Source of the DNA: an uncultured Actinomycetes bacterium
Lineage (GTDB): Bacteria; SZUA-79; Acidulodesulfobacterales; Acidulodesulfobacteraceae
Assembly: GCA_964631685.1 (NCBI GenBank)
Contig: CAZVZU010000004.1
Location: 33,249-97,248, forward strand
Direction: 5' to 3'
Length of the DNA: 64,000 nt
Position numbers and translations under genes: made by a program. Below, piece after piece: positions 52,796 to 62,868 of the stretch. Each line of letters starts with the position of its first letter. The stretch's first letter is position 1. The notes under the pieces are model-generated. The model was given only the letters and a program-made list of their open reading frames with translations. It made no database searches and was not told where the DNA came from.

Positions 52796-53056
52796 AAAAC
52801 CTCCGTAACGTTATAAGGATGTCTTCTTTTACCGACTTACCGAATCCAATATTTTTATTGACCATATGTTATGGGAATGACTTCTATCGTATACGTAACA
52901 GGTCAATGTTATTATTTATTTATATTAAAGTCAAATTAATTAGCATAGGAATGTTGCCAGGAATAGTTACATTAAATTAGGCCACGGTAAATATCCGTAT
53001 ATTTTTAAAGTACCGGGGTGTGTCTATAATCGCCTAAAAATACTTTGCTTATTATA

Positions 53057-53141
53057 TGGTGCGAAAGGGGGGAGTCGAACCCCCATGGGTTTCCCCGCTG
53101 GATTCTAAGTCCAGTGCGTATACCAGTTTCGCCACTCTCGC
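53057..53141 (-). tRNA. tRNA-Leu(TAG)
   Basis: GCGAGAG...CTGGA-CTTAGAA-TCCAG, long variable arm, GGTTCGA, CCA end. Confidence 0.96.
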
Positions 53142-53222
53142 AAAGATAAACTTTTGAATCAGATAAGCTATATCAAAAATTAAAGAAAGGTATTAAGCGC
53201 GTTCGCTTATCGAAGTTTTTAA

Positions 53223-53299
53223 TGGCGGGGCCGACGGGGATCGAACCCGCGACCTCCGGCGTGACAGGCCGGCGTTCTAACCGTCTGAACTACAGCCCC
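53223..53299 (-). tRNA. tRNA-Asp(GTC)
   Basis: GGGGCTG...CCGGC-CTGTCAC-GCCGG...GGTTCGA...GCCA. Confidence 0.97.
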
Positions 53300-53332
53300 G
53301 TTTAAGATATAAAACCTTTTTATACAGTCTCA

Positions 53333-53360
53333 ATTATAATAATTTAAGAGAAAAAGTCAA
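53333..53360 (-). promoter_or_regulatory. Sigma70 promoter for tRNA-Asp/Leu
   Basis: TTGACT-N16-TATAAT. Confidence 0.65.
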
Positions 53361-53389
53361 GGAATTAATGAAACTTACTAAACTTTACT

Positions 53390-53466
53390 TGGTAGGCGGA
53401 ACAGGGCTCGAACCTGTGACCCCCGGCGTGTAAAGCCGATGCTCTAACCAACTGAGCTACCCGCCC
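53390..53466 (-). tRNA. tRNA-Val(TAC)
   Basis: GGGCGGG...TCGGC-TTTACAC-GCCGG...GGTTCGA...ACCA. Confidence 0.97.
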
Positions 53467-53659
53467 GTGAACCAATGACTACAAAAAACAGAATTACCCC
53501 GGTTTTCAACCTTACGGATCCTTTTCGGGCTTCCTGTTTTCACTAAAACTTCATTTTATACTCGCGCGTCCATTTATGAATGCCAACGGACACAGACCGC
53601 CCCCGTTTTTATATATCTAAAAAACGAGAGCGAAAAATTAAATCACAGTATAAAATTAC

Positions 53660-53941
53660 CTACTTTCCAGAATTAACTGCTTCTTTAAAAGATTTTCCGG
53701 GCTTAAACTTTGGAGACTTAGATGCCTTAATTTGAATCTCTTCACCTGTCTGAGGATTCCTTCCTTTTCTTGCCGCCCTTTTAGTAACTTCAAATGTGCC
53801 AAAACCGACAAGCCGAACAACATCATTCTTTTTAAGAGCGTTAATGATGGCGCCAATCGTCGCACTAAGCGCTTTTTCACTATCAGTCTTAGTAAGCTTG
53901 GAGAGTTTTGCAATTGCATCTACCAATTCTGCTTTTGTCAT
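53660..53941 (-). CDS. hup: DNA-binding protein HU
   Basis: MTKAELVDAIA, GFGTF, ARKGRNPQTG and PKFKPG motifs. Confidence 0.98.
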   Translation of the reverse strand: MTKAELVDAIAKLSKLTKTDSEKALSATIGAIINALKKNDVVRLVGFGTFEVTKRAARKGRNPQTGEEIQIKASKSPKFKPGKSFKEAVNSGK

Positions 53942-54167
53942 ACCTGACTTCCTCCTTTACGTTTTAAGGGTTTAATAGTTAACTTTTTAATAATTACTAC
54001 TCAATACTCAATGTCCGCAAGGGCTCATATAAACATACTTAATATATATACATTTCCATTATGTATGTCAATAAAAAAACTACTCTGCCCCTGGGTTTGC
54101 AAACTAACACATCGCGTTAACTACTTTACGCCGATGTTACGGGAGCGACTCAACGCCGCAAGACTGG

Positions 54168-55505
54168 CTATCGGCCGTACTTAGCCTGGCTATCCTTTTC
54201 GTAGAGAAGGATAGGAAGTCCATTATTTTTAATTACATCGTCGTTGATAATACATTCCTTAATCGTCAGGTCCGTCGGTATGTCGTACATGACATCCAAC
54301 ATCACAGATTCTAAAATAGTCCTTAACCCTCTTGCCCCAGAACCATGCGCTACCGCCTTTTTTGTAATTTCCTTAATTGCAGAATCGGTAAATCTCAAAT
54401 TAACATTTTCCAACTCAAATAATTTTTGATACTGTTTTACCAAGGCATTTTTAGGCTTCGTCAGAATTTCGATAAGAGCATCCTTATCCAACTCTCCAAG
54501 TGTGGCTATAACCGGTAGTCTGCCGATGAATTCTGGAATAAGTCCATAGTCTAATAAATCTCTAGTCTCAACCTGCTTGATCACTTCGTAAGGATCGACT
54601 GATTTACCAGACTTTGAAATTGTGTTGAAACCTATCGGTTGGGAATGAATTCGCCTCTCGATAACTTTGTCTAAACCGTTAAATGCACCACCACAAATAA
54701 ATAGAATATTGCTTGTATCTATTCTGAGAAATTCTTGGTGCGGATGCTTCCTGCCGCCCTTTGGGGGAACATTTGCTATAGTACCTTCGATTATTTTTAA
54801 AAGCGCCTGCTGAACGCCCTCTCCTGAAACATCTCTCGTTATAGAAACATTATTCGATTTTTTTGTTATCTTGTCAATTTCATCCACATATATAATTCCT
54901 TTCTGAGCCCTTTCTATGTCATAATCCGCATTCTGCAAAAGAGATAGAAGAATACTTTCAACATCTTCGCCGACATACCCTGCTTCCGTAAGTGTCGTGG
55001 CATCGGCTATAACAAAGGGCAAATCAAGCATACGAGCAAGCGTTTGCGCCAAAAGCGTTTTACCGCTACCCGTAGGTCCAATTACTAAAATATTACTTTT
55101 TTGCATCTCAACATCCGGATATTTTTTATCTTTTTCGTTGTGTACCGTATCATTATCCGAACTTTTAACAGCAAGATTATGCTCTATCCTCTTGTAATGA
55201 TTATAAACTGCAACAGCAAGAACCTTCTTTGCTTTTTCTTGGCCTACTACATATTGATCTAAAAAAGTTTTAATCTCTACAGGCTTATATAAAGGGTTTT
55301 TAACCTTAATATCTGTACTGAGAGGCTTACTTTCCTCTGATATTATATCGTTACAAAGGCTAATGCATTCATCGCAAATGTAAACGGAAGGACCTGCTAT
55401 GAGTTTCCTGACCTCATCCTGCGACTTACCGCAAAAAGAGCAATAAAGCTCCCTCTCGGTGTTATCACCGTTACCATTACTGTTATTATTACTTTTTCTT
55501 GCCAT
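54168..55505 (-). CDS. clpX: ATP-dependent Clp protease ATP-binding subunit
   Basis: CSFCGK zinc-binding domain, [22 protein letters not shown] and IGF loop. Confidence 0.98.
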   Translation of the reverse strand: MARKSNNNSNGNGDNTERELYCSFCGKSQDEVRKLIAGPSVYICDECISLCNDIISEESKPLSTDIKVKNPLYKPVEIKTFLDQYVVGQEKAKKVLAVAVYNHYKRIEHNLAVKSSDNDTVHNEKDKKYPDVEMQKSNILVIGPTGSGKTLLAQTLARMLDLPFVIADATTLTEAGYVGEDVESILLSLLQNADYDIERAQKGIIYVDEIDKITKKSNNVSITRDVSGEGVQQALLKIIEGTIANVPPKGGRKHPHQEFLRIDTSNILFICGGAFNGLDKVIERRIHSQPIGFNTISKSGKSVDPYEVIKQVETRDLLDYGLIPEFIGRLPVIATLGELDKDALIEILTKPKNALVKQYQKLFELENVNLRFTDSAIKEITKKAVAHGSGARGLRTILESVMLDVMYDIPTDLTIKECIINDDVIKNNGLPILLYEKDSQAKYGR

Positions 55506-55564
55506 ATTTTTTATTACCTCTTTTGCTCTGATATCACACTAAATATTCTAAACTAACTAAAAAA

Positions 55565-56164
55565 TTATTTCACGCTTTTAATATTTTTTTTCTCTACAAC
55601 TTTGTCTACAATACCATACTCGACCGATTGTTCGCCACTCATATAAAAATCCCTCTCAGTATCAATTTGAATCTTATCTATCGGCTGGGCAGTATGTGTT
55701 GCAAGGATGAGATTTAACTCCTCTCTCATCCTAAGGATCTCCCTCGCTTGTATGTCAATATCGGTGGCCTGTCCTTGAAAGCCACCGGCCGGCTGATGTA
55801 TCATAATCCTGGAATGGGGAAGAGTGAACCTTTTCCCCTTTGCGCCTGCGGCTAAAAGCACAGCACCCATACTCGCCGCCTGCCCCATACAAAGCGTAGA
55901 AACATCCGGTTTTATATATTGCATAGTATCATAAATAGCAAGACCGGAGGTTATAACACCACCGGGGGAATTTATATAAATACTAATATCCTTTTCAGGG
56001 TCCTCCGACTCAAGAAATAACAATTGTGCTATGATTACATTTGCAAAACTATCGTCTATTGCCTCGCCTATAAATACAATCCTATCCTTTAGAAGACGAG
56101 AATAAATATCGTATGCCCTCTCCCCTCGATGTGTTTGTTCTATGACCATTGGAATAAGCGACAT
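55565..56164 (-). CDS. clpP: ATP-dependent Clp protease proteolytic subunit
   Basis: DIYSRLL, YINSPGG, AASMG, IMIHQP and ERD motifs. Confidence 0.98.
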   Translation of the reverse strand: MSLIPMVIEQTHRGERAYDIYSRLLKDRIVFIGEAIDDSFANVIIAQLLFLESEDPEKDISIYINSPGGVITSGLAIYDTMQYIKPDVSTLCMGQAASMGAVLLAAGAKGKRFTLPHSRIMIHQPAGGFQGQATDIDIQAREILRMREELNLILATHTAQPIDKIQIDTERDFYMSGEQSVEYGIVDKVVEKKNIKSVK

Positions 56165-56216
56165 GTCCTTTGTTCTCCTTATAATTTATTTTTACTATGC
56201 AATGATATGCATATAT

Positions 56217-57455
56217 CTATACGTATGATACCTTATTTTCAAGAATAAAATCAAATATTTTATCATCAAGCAACGCATGCCTTAAGTTATTATTGGCTTC
56301 ATCAGATGTGTAAAACCCTCTTACCTCGTCTTCTTTTAAACCGGACTCGGCGACTGTTCTCTTATAAAATTCTTCAAAATCACTTTCTTCCACTTTAATA
56401 CTTTCTACTTCGGAAATCTTGGCAAATAATAAATATAATGCCAAATCACGTTTTGCCATAATTCTTAGTACATTCATTAAATTATCTTTTTGTTTACCGT
56501 CCGCATCCTTATATTTACCCTGTTTCTTTAGTTCCTCTAACCTCGTTAACGCATCTTCCTCAACTATGCTTTCCGGTAACTCTACCGGATTAAGCCTGAC
56601 AAGCTCATCAGATACGGCAATCCTAATAGATTCCTTATACCTCTTATTCTCGTAGCCTATAAGATTCTTTTTGACATATTCCTTGAATCCATCAATATCC
56701 TTAAAATCACCAAAATTTTTAATCGTAGCAACATTAAGTTCGGGCATTATTTTTTTATTTATCTCCTTGATAACGCCTTTTACCGTGACATTTCTCTCTT
56801 TGTCGTTATATTCAAAAGTATCACCCTTCTTTTTACCCACAAAAACAGATTCGAATAACTTGTCTATAATATTAGAATTAAGGCTTATTAAATAATTCTT
56901 GGCATTATCCACCTCTTTGCCCGTTTCATCTAATGTAATGTAATCTATTTTAATAAAATATCTATCGGTAGTGTTTATGGCAATAGATTCATCTTGTTCC
57001 TCACTATCTGCGGTTCGCTCAAGCAAAAAATCTATTTCTTCCTTAATAATATCTTCGGTTATTTCTCGTTTGTCTATAGCCTTAATCTTCATATCTAAAT
57101 TTAGATTTTGCACGGAAGGCATAACCTCAAAATGTATAGAATATTCATTATCGTCCTTTTCCTCAATATTTGGGGTTCCTACAACAATAATCTTTTTTTC
57201 GGCTAATATTTTCCTGAAATCCTCATTTAAAATCTCAGCCGTAGCCTCTTCGAGAAGTTCTGCCTCATAAAACTTTTTGATAATGGACAGCGGAGCCTTT
57301 CCCGGCCTAAAACCCTTTATACTGGACTTTTTAGCCGCATTTTCCAACTTCTTTTTCAAGAGCTCGTCAACCCTTGTACTATCTAATTTTAAACTAACCC
57401 TTTTTTTTATTGAGGTCTCATCCTCTATAGTGACATCGGCAACCGCATTATCCAT
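56217..57455 (-). CDS. tig: Trigger factor
   Basis: GFRPGKAP signature; tig-clpP-clpX synteny. Confidence 0.93.
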   Translation of the reverse strand: MDNAVADVTIEDETSIKKRVSLKLDSTRVDELLKKKLENAAKKSSIKGFRPGKAPLSIIKKFYEAELLEEATAEILNEDFRKILAEKKIIVVGTPNIEEKDDNEYSIHFEVMPSVQNLNLDMKIKAIDKREITEDIIKEEIDFLLERTADSEEQDESIAINTTDRYFIKIDYITLDETGKEVDNAKNYLISLNSNIIDKLFESVFVGKKKGDTFEYNDKERNVTVKGVIKEINKKIMPELNVATIKNFGDFKDIDGFKEYVKKNLIGYENKRYKESIRIAVSDELVRLNPVELPESIVEEDALTRLEELKKQGKYKDADGKQKDNLMNVLRIMAKRDLALYLLFAKISEVESIKVEESDFEEFYKRTVAESGLKEDEVRGFYTSDEANNNLRHALLDDKIFDFILENKVSYV

Positions 57456-57516
57456 TAAAATCCCCTTAGTTTATTAATTTAATTTATAATTAATTTTTAT
57501 TATATTATATGATTAA

Positions 57517-59421
57517 TTAGCCGACAAATATAGGTCTCTTTGAAAGCATATCAGGAAGAACCAAGTTTCTATATGGCATATTTTTAGTCTCGTCTTTAAT
57601 TTCTTTTACCAACTCTTCAGGGCTAAGGCTAAAATTTTTTCTTTCTTTATACCTATCCCTGACTGACAATACGCCATTATCTGCCTCTTTACGCCCGACT
57701 ACTACGATATATGGAACCCAATCTTCTTCGGCAAACATAACCTTTTTGCCAAGACTAAAATCCCTATCGTCTATATCAACCCTCACACCTGAACTAAAAA
57801 TTTTTTCCTTAATCTTAACGGCAAAATCCAAGAATTTATCAGATACCGGCACTATCCTTACCTGCGTAGGGCTGAGCCATAAAGGCAAAACCGGAATATC
57901 TTTTTTAAGTGCTTCCTCAAGCACAAGATACATCCATCTTTCTATTGCACCAATAGAAGAATGGCATATTATGCATCCTTCCTTTTCTCCTTTTTCGTTT
58001 ACAAAATTTATACCGTATCTCCCGGCATCTTCAACATCAAGCTGAACAGTGGAAAGTTGGCACGAACCGTTAACAGAATCAACCCCTTGAAATTCATGCT
58101 TAAGTGCCCAATAATGTTTCATTTTAGATAATGTTTCTATAAGGGCAGGCTTCTTTGAATATTTCAAAAGTTCTACGATTTTATCCTTGTACTTGTGATA
58201 GTACTCTTCAACTATTCTAAAAACAACTGCATATTCAATTTTTGCAGCCTCGGCTAAATCCGCATATTTCTTATAAAGCTCCGCATACTCATTAAATCCC
58301 TCTTCTAAATTAAGACAAAAACTATGTATATCAGGCATTGTAAAGCCCCTTAATCTTCTTAGTCCGGATAACTCCCCGCTCTTTTCATACCTAAAACTCT
58401 TTGAGAACTCATAGAATCTCAGCGGCAACTGCTTGTAGCTAATTTTAGTATCCTTGAGCATTGAAAAAAGCCCAAAATCCCCGGCAAACCTTAAAACAAA
58501 CTCCTTATCCTGCGCAAATCTGCCAACCTCTGATTTTTCATCCGGAACAAAAATAGAATAATGCCGCTCATGGAAAGACTCGCCCTGCCCTCTAATCTCA
58601 GGCTTATTCCAGTTGTATATCAAGGGAGTTTCAATCTCCATACACCTTAATTGATTTAGTGCAATATCTTCTGCCCAATCGGAGATAAGTTTATATAATA
58701 ATGTTCCCTTAGGATAAAGCCTCAAATGGCCGGAATCTGAATTTTCCTCGTAATCGGCTATTTCCAATCGCTTCATAGCTGACACTGAAGGCGGGGTCAC
58801 ACCGTCTTTTATTTTAAATTCCTCAAACGCTATAACCTTCTTCAGGGATGGATAATCTTTTAAAATTTCACTGTTTAATACTTTTTTGTCTTTTAAATCT
58901 AGCTTGGTCTCAAAACCGTTGTAACCCAATATAAAAAATTTGCTTTCTACATCTTTTACAGATTCTTCTCTTGTTTTTCGTTTTAAGGGCTTTTCAACTG
59001 AGATATGCCGAGATGACTCGCTTAAAGGGTGGCCCTTGCAAGATATTTTGAAACTTTTATACCATCCAAAGGGAGACCTGTGAACCGATTCGATAGATTC
59101 CAGTTTCTTTTTTAAAGCATTGAGTATTTCAACAGCAAAAGAAGGCTCTGCAAGACTGCTTGACAAGTGAGCATAAGGATACAAGACTATAACCTGAGGT
59201 TTCAGCTTTTCGGCAATACTTTTTATTTCGTGAAAAGCCTTACTTATAACTAAGCTAGCATCTGCCTTATCACTCTTTTCTACGGTGCAGAAAACGACCA
59301 ACGGCTCATCAAACGACAACTCCGATTCTCCAACAGGATTAAAATCCATCTCTTCGGCAACTGGCGTCTTCCCTGTCAAAGAATAGCTAAAGAAATCGGC
59401 ATGTATAATTAATAGTTGCAT
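57517..59421 (-). CDS. thrS: Threonine--tRNA ligase, archaeal type
   Basis: MQLLIIHAD, LYPYAHLSSSLA and SPFGWYKSFKISCKGHPLSE editing-domain motifs; FRYEKSGELSGLRRLRGFTMPD; PLWLSPTQV. Confidence 0.95.
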   Translation of the reverse strand: MQLLIIHADFFSYSLTGKTPVAEEMDFNPVGESELSFDEPLVVFCTVEKSDKADASLVISKAFHEIKSIAEKLKPQVIVLYPYAHLSSSLAEPSFAVEILNALKKKLESIESVHRSPFGWYKSFKISCKGHPLSESSRHISVEKPLKRKTREESVKDVESKFFILGYNGFETKLDLKDKKVLNSEILKDYPSLKKVIAFEEFKIKDGVTPPSVSAMKRLEIADYEENSDSGHLRLYPKGTLLYKLISDWAEDIALNQLRCMEIETPLIYNWNKPEIRGQGESFHERHYSIFVPDEKSEVGRFAQDKEFVLRFAGDFGLFSMLKDTKISYKQLPLRFYEFSKSFRYEKSGELSGLRRLRGFTMPDIHSFCLNLEEGFNEYAELYKKYADLAEAAKIEYAVVFRIVEEYYHKYKDKIVELLKYSKKPALIETLSKMKHYWALKHEFQGVDSVNGSCQLSTVQLDVEDAGRYGINFVNEKGEKEGCIICHSSIGAIERWMYLVLEEALKKDIPVLPLWLSPTQVRIVPVSDKFLDFAVKIKEKIFSSGVRVDIDDRDFSLGKKVMFAEEDWVPYIVVVGRKEADNGVLSVRDRYKERKNFSLSPEELVKEIKDETKNMPYRNLVLPDMLSKRPIFVG

Positions 59422-59426
59422 ATCAA

Positions 59427-60251
59427 TTAAAAGTCATTAGGAAGATTCTCAAGTTCTTTTGCTGTAAAAACGGGTCCGTCCTTACATACATAAACACTTC
59501 CTACATTACATCTTCCGCATTTGCCCAATCCGCATTTCATTCTATTTTCAAGTGTTGTAATAATATTTTCTTTATCAAAACCCATCTTTTCTTCTAGCGA
59601 TTTCAATGAAAACTTTATCATAATTGGGGGTCCGCAAACAATAGCAACGCTGTTTTCCCCTTTTAAGGGAAGCTCTTCTAAAATGGTAGGAACAAAACCT
59701 ACTTTCCCTACCCAATTGGGGGTCTCTCCGCCCGGATCAACGGTAATGACTACATCTGTGTTCTTATGCTTTCTCCAATCATCGAATATATCTTTATATA
59801 AAAGATCGGCCACGGTTCTCGCCCCATATAGAACGGTTATCTTACCGTAATCATCCCGTTTGTCAAAACAATATTCAAGAATAGATTTCACCGGCGCCAT
59901 ACCTATTCCGCCGCCAATAAAGACAAGATTCTTACCCTTCATCTTTGATGTATCAAAATGGTTGCCGTATGGTCCCCTGAAGGACAGTTTATCGCCGGGA
60001 TTTAATCCGTTCATACCGGTAGTTGCTCTACCGGAAGTCCTAAAGCTAAATTCAAAAAAATCCTTTCTCAATGGAGACGATGAAAATCCAAAGGTCGATT
60101 CGCCCTCACCTATAACCGAGAATTCTCCAAACTGACCCGGCAAAAAAAATGTGCTCGCGCCATCTATGGTTAGACGAATAGTTTTAGTATCATTCGTCTC
60201 CTGAATTATCTCCTTTATTTCTGCCATCTTAGGTAAATAAATATTTTCCAT
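59427..60251 (-). CDS. flxA: FAD/NAD(P)-binding [2Fe-2S] subunit (FlxA / AsrB-like)
   Basis: PGQF, RGPYG, GGGIGMAP, CGPPIM and ENRMKCGLGKCGRC...VCKDGPVF motifs. Confidence 0.85.
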   Translation of the reverse strand: MENIYLPKMAEIKEIIQETNDTKTIRLTIDGASTFFLPGQFGEFSVIGEGESTFGFSSSPLRKDFFEFSFRTSGRATTGMNGLNPGDKLSFRGPYGNHFDTSKMKGKNLVFIGGGIGMAPVKSILEYCFDKRDDYGKITVLYGARTVADLLYKDIFDDWRKHKNTDVVITVDPGGETPNWVGKVGFVPTILEELPLKGENSVAIVCGPPIMIKFSLKSLEEKMGFDKENIITTLENRMKCGLGKCGRCNVGSVYVCKDGPVFTAKELENLPNDF

Positions 60252-60298
60252 CAACTATCACTCCAGTTTAATATTTGTAAATTAAGGTAAAAATAGTT

Positions 60299-61318
60299 CT
60301 ACAGCAACGTTAAATCTCTTACAACTTCCTTAAGATCTATATCTTCTGGGCAATTCCTTGAGCATCTGCCGCACCCAACACATAAATATTTATCAAATTT
60401 CTCACTATATATTTTGAACTTATGCATAAGCCTCTGCCTATATCTATCTCCCTGTGTATTTCTTGGATTATGCCCCGATGTATGAAGCGTAAATAACGCA
60501 AACTGACAGGAATCCCAATTCTTAATCCTCTTGCCCTCTTTCATATTTCCTTCATCTTGAATATCGAAACAGTGGCAGGTAGGACACGTATATGTGCAAA
60601 TCCCGCAACCTATGCAGGACAAAAACCTATTCTGAAAATAGTCGTGATCGAAATTATTATCCAAAAAACTCTTCGCTTTTTCGACTTCAAATGTCTTCTT
60701 CCAGTCTTGCTCTGACGGCATTTTATCCTTAGAAATATCGCTTAAAAGGCTCATATAAGGCTTGAGAAGATCGAGCCCTTTTTCACTTACAATGGTAACA
60801 AAATATTTGCCGTCACCCTTTTTGAGCAGTATATCCGAACCGTGTGAGCTTTCAGGCGAAAGCTGCATCTCCGTGCAAAAACAGTAATTATCGGGTTTTT
60901 CACATGCTATAGAAATAATGGTTAAATTATTAAACCGCTCATTGAAAAATCCATCCTTATAACCCCAGTTAAAAACCTTTTCCATTATAGGGCCAGCCGC
61001 AGCATCACAGGGTCTTGAACCAAAAATTACTCTCTTCTTGTTCTCGCCGCTGCACATGTCAAGACCGTCTTTGAGATCTATATCCACACCCGAAAAGGAA
61101 TACTCAAACAGTGTTTCCGTCTTTGGAAGAAGATACTCTTTATACGATACCTTAGGTAAAAGCACATCAAGGTTTGCATCTGCAAATCTATCTATTTTTC
61201 CATAAAAAGTGTCTCCGTCCTTATCCATCGGGGCTATAACTTCAAACGCATCCGACACTAAAGAATCGACAAGCTTTTCCAGATTTTCTATTCCGATCTC
61301 AAAATATTTTTCTTCCAT
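60299..61318 (-). CDS. flxB: 4Fe-4S dicluster protein (FlxB / AsrA-like)
   Basis: RPCD, CFC, CIGCGICTYTCPTCHCF, WDSC and CVGCGRCSRNCP motifs. Confidence 0.85.
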   Translation of the reverse strand: MEEKYFEIGIENLEKLVDSLVSDAFEVIAPMDKDGDTFYGKIDRFADANLDVLLPKVSYKEYLLPKTETLFEYSFSGVDIDLKDGLDMCSGENKKRVIFGSRPCDAAAGPIMEKVFNWGYKDGFFNERFNNLTIISIACEKPDNYCFCTEMQLSPESSHGSDILLKKGDGKYFVTIVSEKGLDLLKPYMSLLSDISKDKMPSEQDWKKTFEVEKAKSFLDNNFDHDYFQNRFLSCIGCGICTYTCPTCHCFDIQDEGNMKEGKRIKNWDSCQFALFTLHTSGHNPRNTQGDRYRQRLMHKFKIYSEKFDKYLCVGCGRCSRNCPEDIDLKEVVRDLTLL

Positions 61319-61338
61319 TATACAAACTCTCCCGCATC

Positions 61339-62238
61339 TTACTTTATAAACTCGTTAAAATCACTTTCGCTAAATACTCCGAATACCGGTTTGGCATCAA
61401 TATCAAGCCCGGATTTATACCCAAATAGGTCGTATGTATCCCTTGCCATTTTTTCGTTAATAAGCATTAGGGGAATATTCACAGGACAAGCGCGCTCACA
61501 CTCACCGCAGCCTATGCAACGTCCTGATAAATGATAAGCCCTGATCAAATTCCACTGGGCATTGCCTGTCTCCTCAAGGTTGGTATCTATCCATTGCGGC
61601 ACATTCTTTTCGACAATACATCTGGAACAATAACATAAAGGACATGCCTGCCTGCAAGCATAGCACTTAATGCACTTATCAAACTCTTTCTCCCAGAAGG
61701 CATCCTTTTCTTCGGAACCCATAGCGTCCAACTCTTCTATTTTCGCATAAGGCTTGATATTGCCCGATATAACGAGCTTAGGATCTGCGCACTCGATAAG
61801 ATAATCATGCAAGATAGGCTCATGCTCACTACAAATAAGGCACTTATCGTAAACAGTATTTTCTGAAAGATCGGACTCGCCTTTGTCGGCAAGACTTTGC
61901 CTTATCACGCCGTTACATTCAACGCCGATTATCTTTATATTTTCTCTCGCAACTTGGTACTCTTGTATCAATGCGTTAAGTGCTTTTTCATCGCAACCCT
62001 TAACCACTATGCCTATTCTGCCAAATTTTTTAACCTCTTGTTTCTTTAAAAATACAGCTAGATCCTGAACAGAATGACGGTTAAACAATAGCTTACTCGT
62101 ATCCTCCGGCTTGGTAATAAACACCGGACGCATTCTTTTAGGGTGTGAACCCTCGGTATAGCCGATTATCAGGCTAACCTCTTTACTTTCCAAGAGGTCT
62201 TTTGCTATCTTTTGCAACTTTTCGTCTATATTTGCCAT
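61339..62238 (-). CDS. flxC: 4Fe-4S protein (FlxC, FdhB/FrhB-like)
   Basis: KGCD, CIKCYACRQACPLCYC and HLSGRCIGCGECERACP motifs. Confidence 0.83.
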   Translation of the reverse strand: MANIDEKLQKIAKDLLESKEVSLIIGYTEGSHPKRMRPVFITKPEDTSKLLFNRHSVQDLAVFLKKQEVKKFGRIGIVVKGCDEKALNALIQEYQVARENIKIIGVECNGVIRQSLADKGESDLSENTVYDKCLICSEHEPILHDYLIECADPKLVISGNIKPYAKIEELDAMGSEEKDAFWEKEFDKCIKCYACRQACPLCYCSRCIVEKNVPQWIDTNLEETGNAQWNLIRAYHLSGRCIGCGECERACPVNIPLMLINEKMARDTYDLFGYKSGLDIDAKPVFGVFSESDFNEFIK

Positions 62239-62336
62239 ATGATATCCTAAAAGTTAAATTTAAACCTGCCCATGTTCTCTTTTTTCAATCTTATATATGA
62301 AAAAAGAAATGGGCAGAGACCCACATTTAATTTATA

Positions 62337-62789
62337 TTATTTTTTAAATATATCGCTAGAATTACCTTTTAATGACTTAATCTTGTCGGTAAACTCATTA
62401 ATTATAGAAACCCACTTATTGCCCTCGGAAGCACTAATCCATGAAAACTCCATCCTATTCAAATCAACCCCGAGAAAACCCAATAAATTCCTGAAGATAG
62501 CATATTTTCTCCTTGAATGATAATTCCCGCTTATGTAATGGCAATCGCCGGGATGACAACCGGAAATCAACACACCCTTGGCGCCTTTCTTAAATGCCTC
62601 CACGATAAATAGAGGATCTATCCTTCCCGAACAAGGAAGCTTTATCACCCTCACATTATCGGAATACTTCATCCTGCTCGTTCCCGCAAGATCCGCCCCA
62701 CTGTACGTGCACCAATTACAAACGAATGCAATAATCCGAGGGTCGCTATCATCGCTTGTTTTCGCAAGCTCTTCTTTTTTATCTTCCAT
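62337..62789 (-). CDS. flxD: MvhD/FlxD [2Fe-2S] subunit
   Basis: CNWCTYSGADLAG, PCSGR, GCHPGDCHY and WISASEG motifs. Confidence 0.92.
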   Translation of the reverse strand: MEDKKEELAKTSDDSDPRIIAFVCNWCTYSGADLAGTSRMKYSDNVRVIKLPCSGRIDPLFIVEAFKKGAKGVLISGCHPGDCHYISGNYHSRRKYAIFRNLLGFLGVDLNRMEFSWISASEGNKWVSIINEFTDKIKSLKGNSSDIFKK

Positions 62790-62868
62790 TTATGGCGAAC
62801 TCCTTTTTACCTATTTTCATATTTATTTCCTACCGTTTAATGCAACAGCTTGTATTATTGTATCAAAT

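Noticed and set aside
52857..52907. ATTGACC...GGTCAAT inverted repeat as a yebC leader RNA
   Set aside because: One arm overlaps the predicted -10/discriminator so it would not be transcribed, and the inner pairing is weak
52941..52960. TGGCAAC...TGC as a sigma54 promoter for yebC
   Set aside because: GG-to-GC spacing is 12 rather than 10, and a sigma70-like TTGACT-N17-TAACAT lies at 52906-52934
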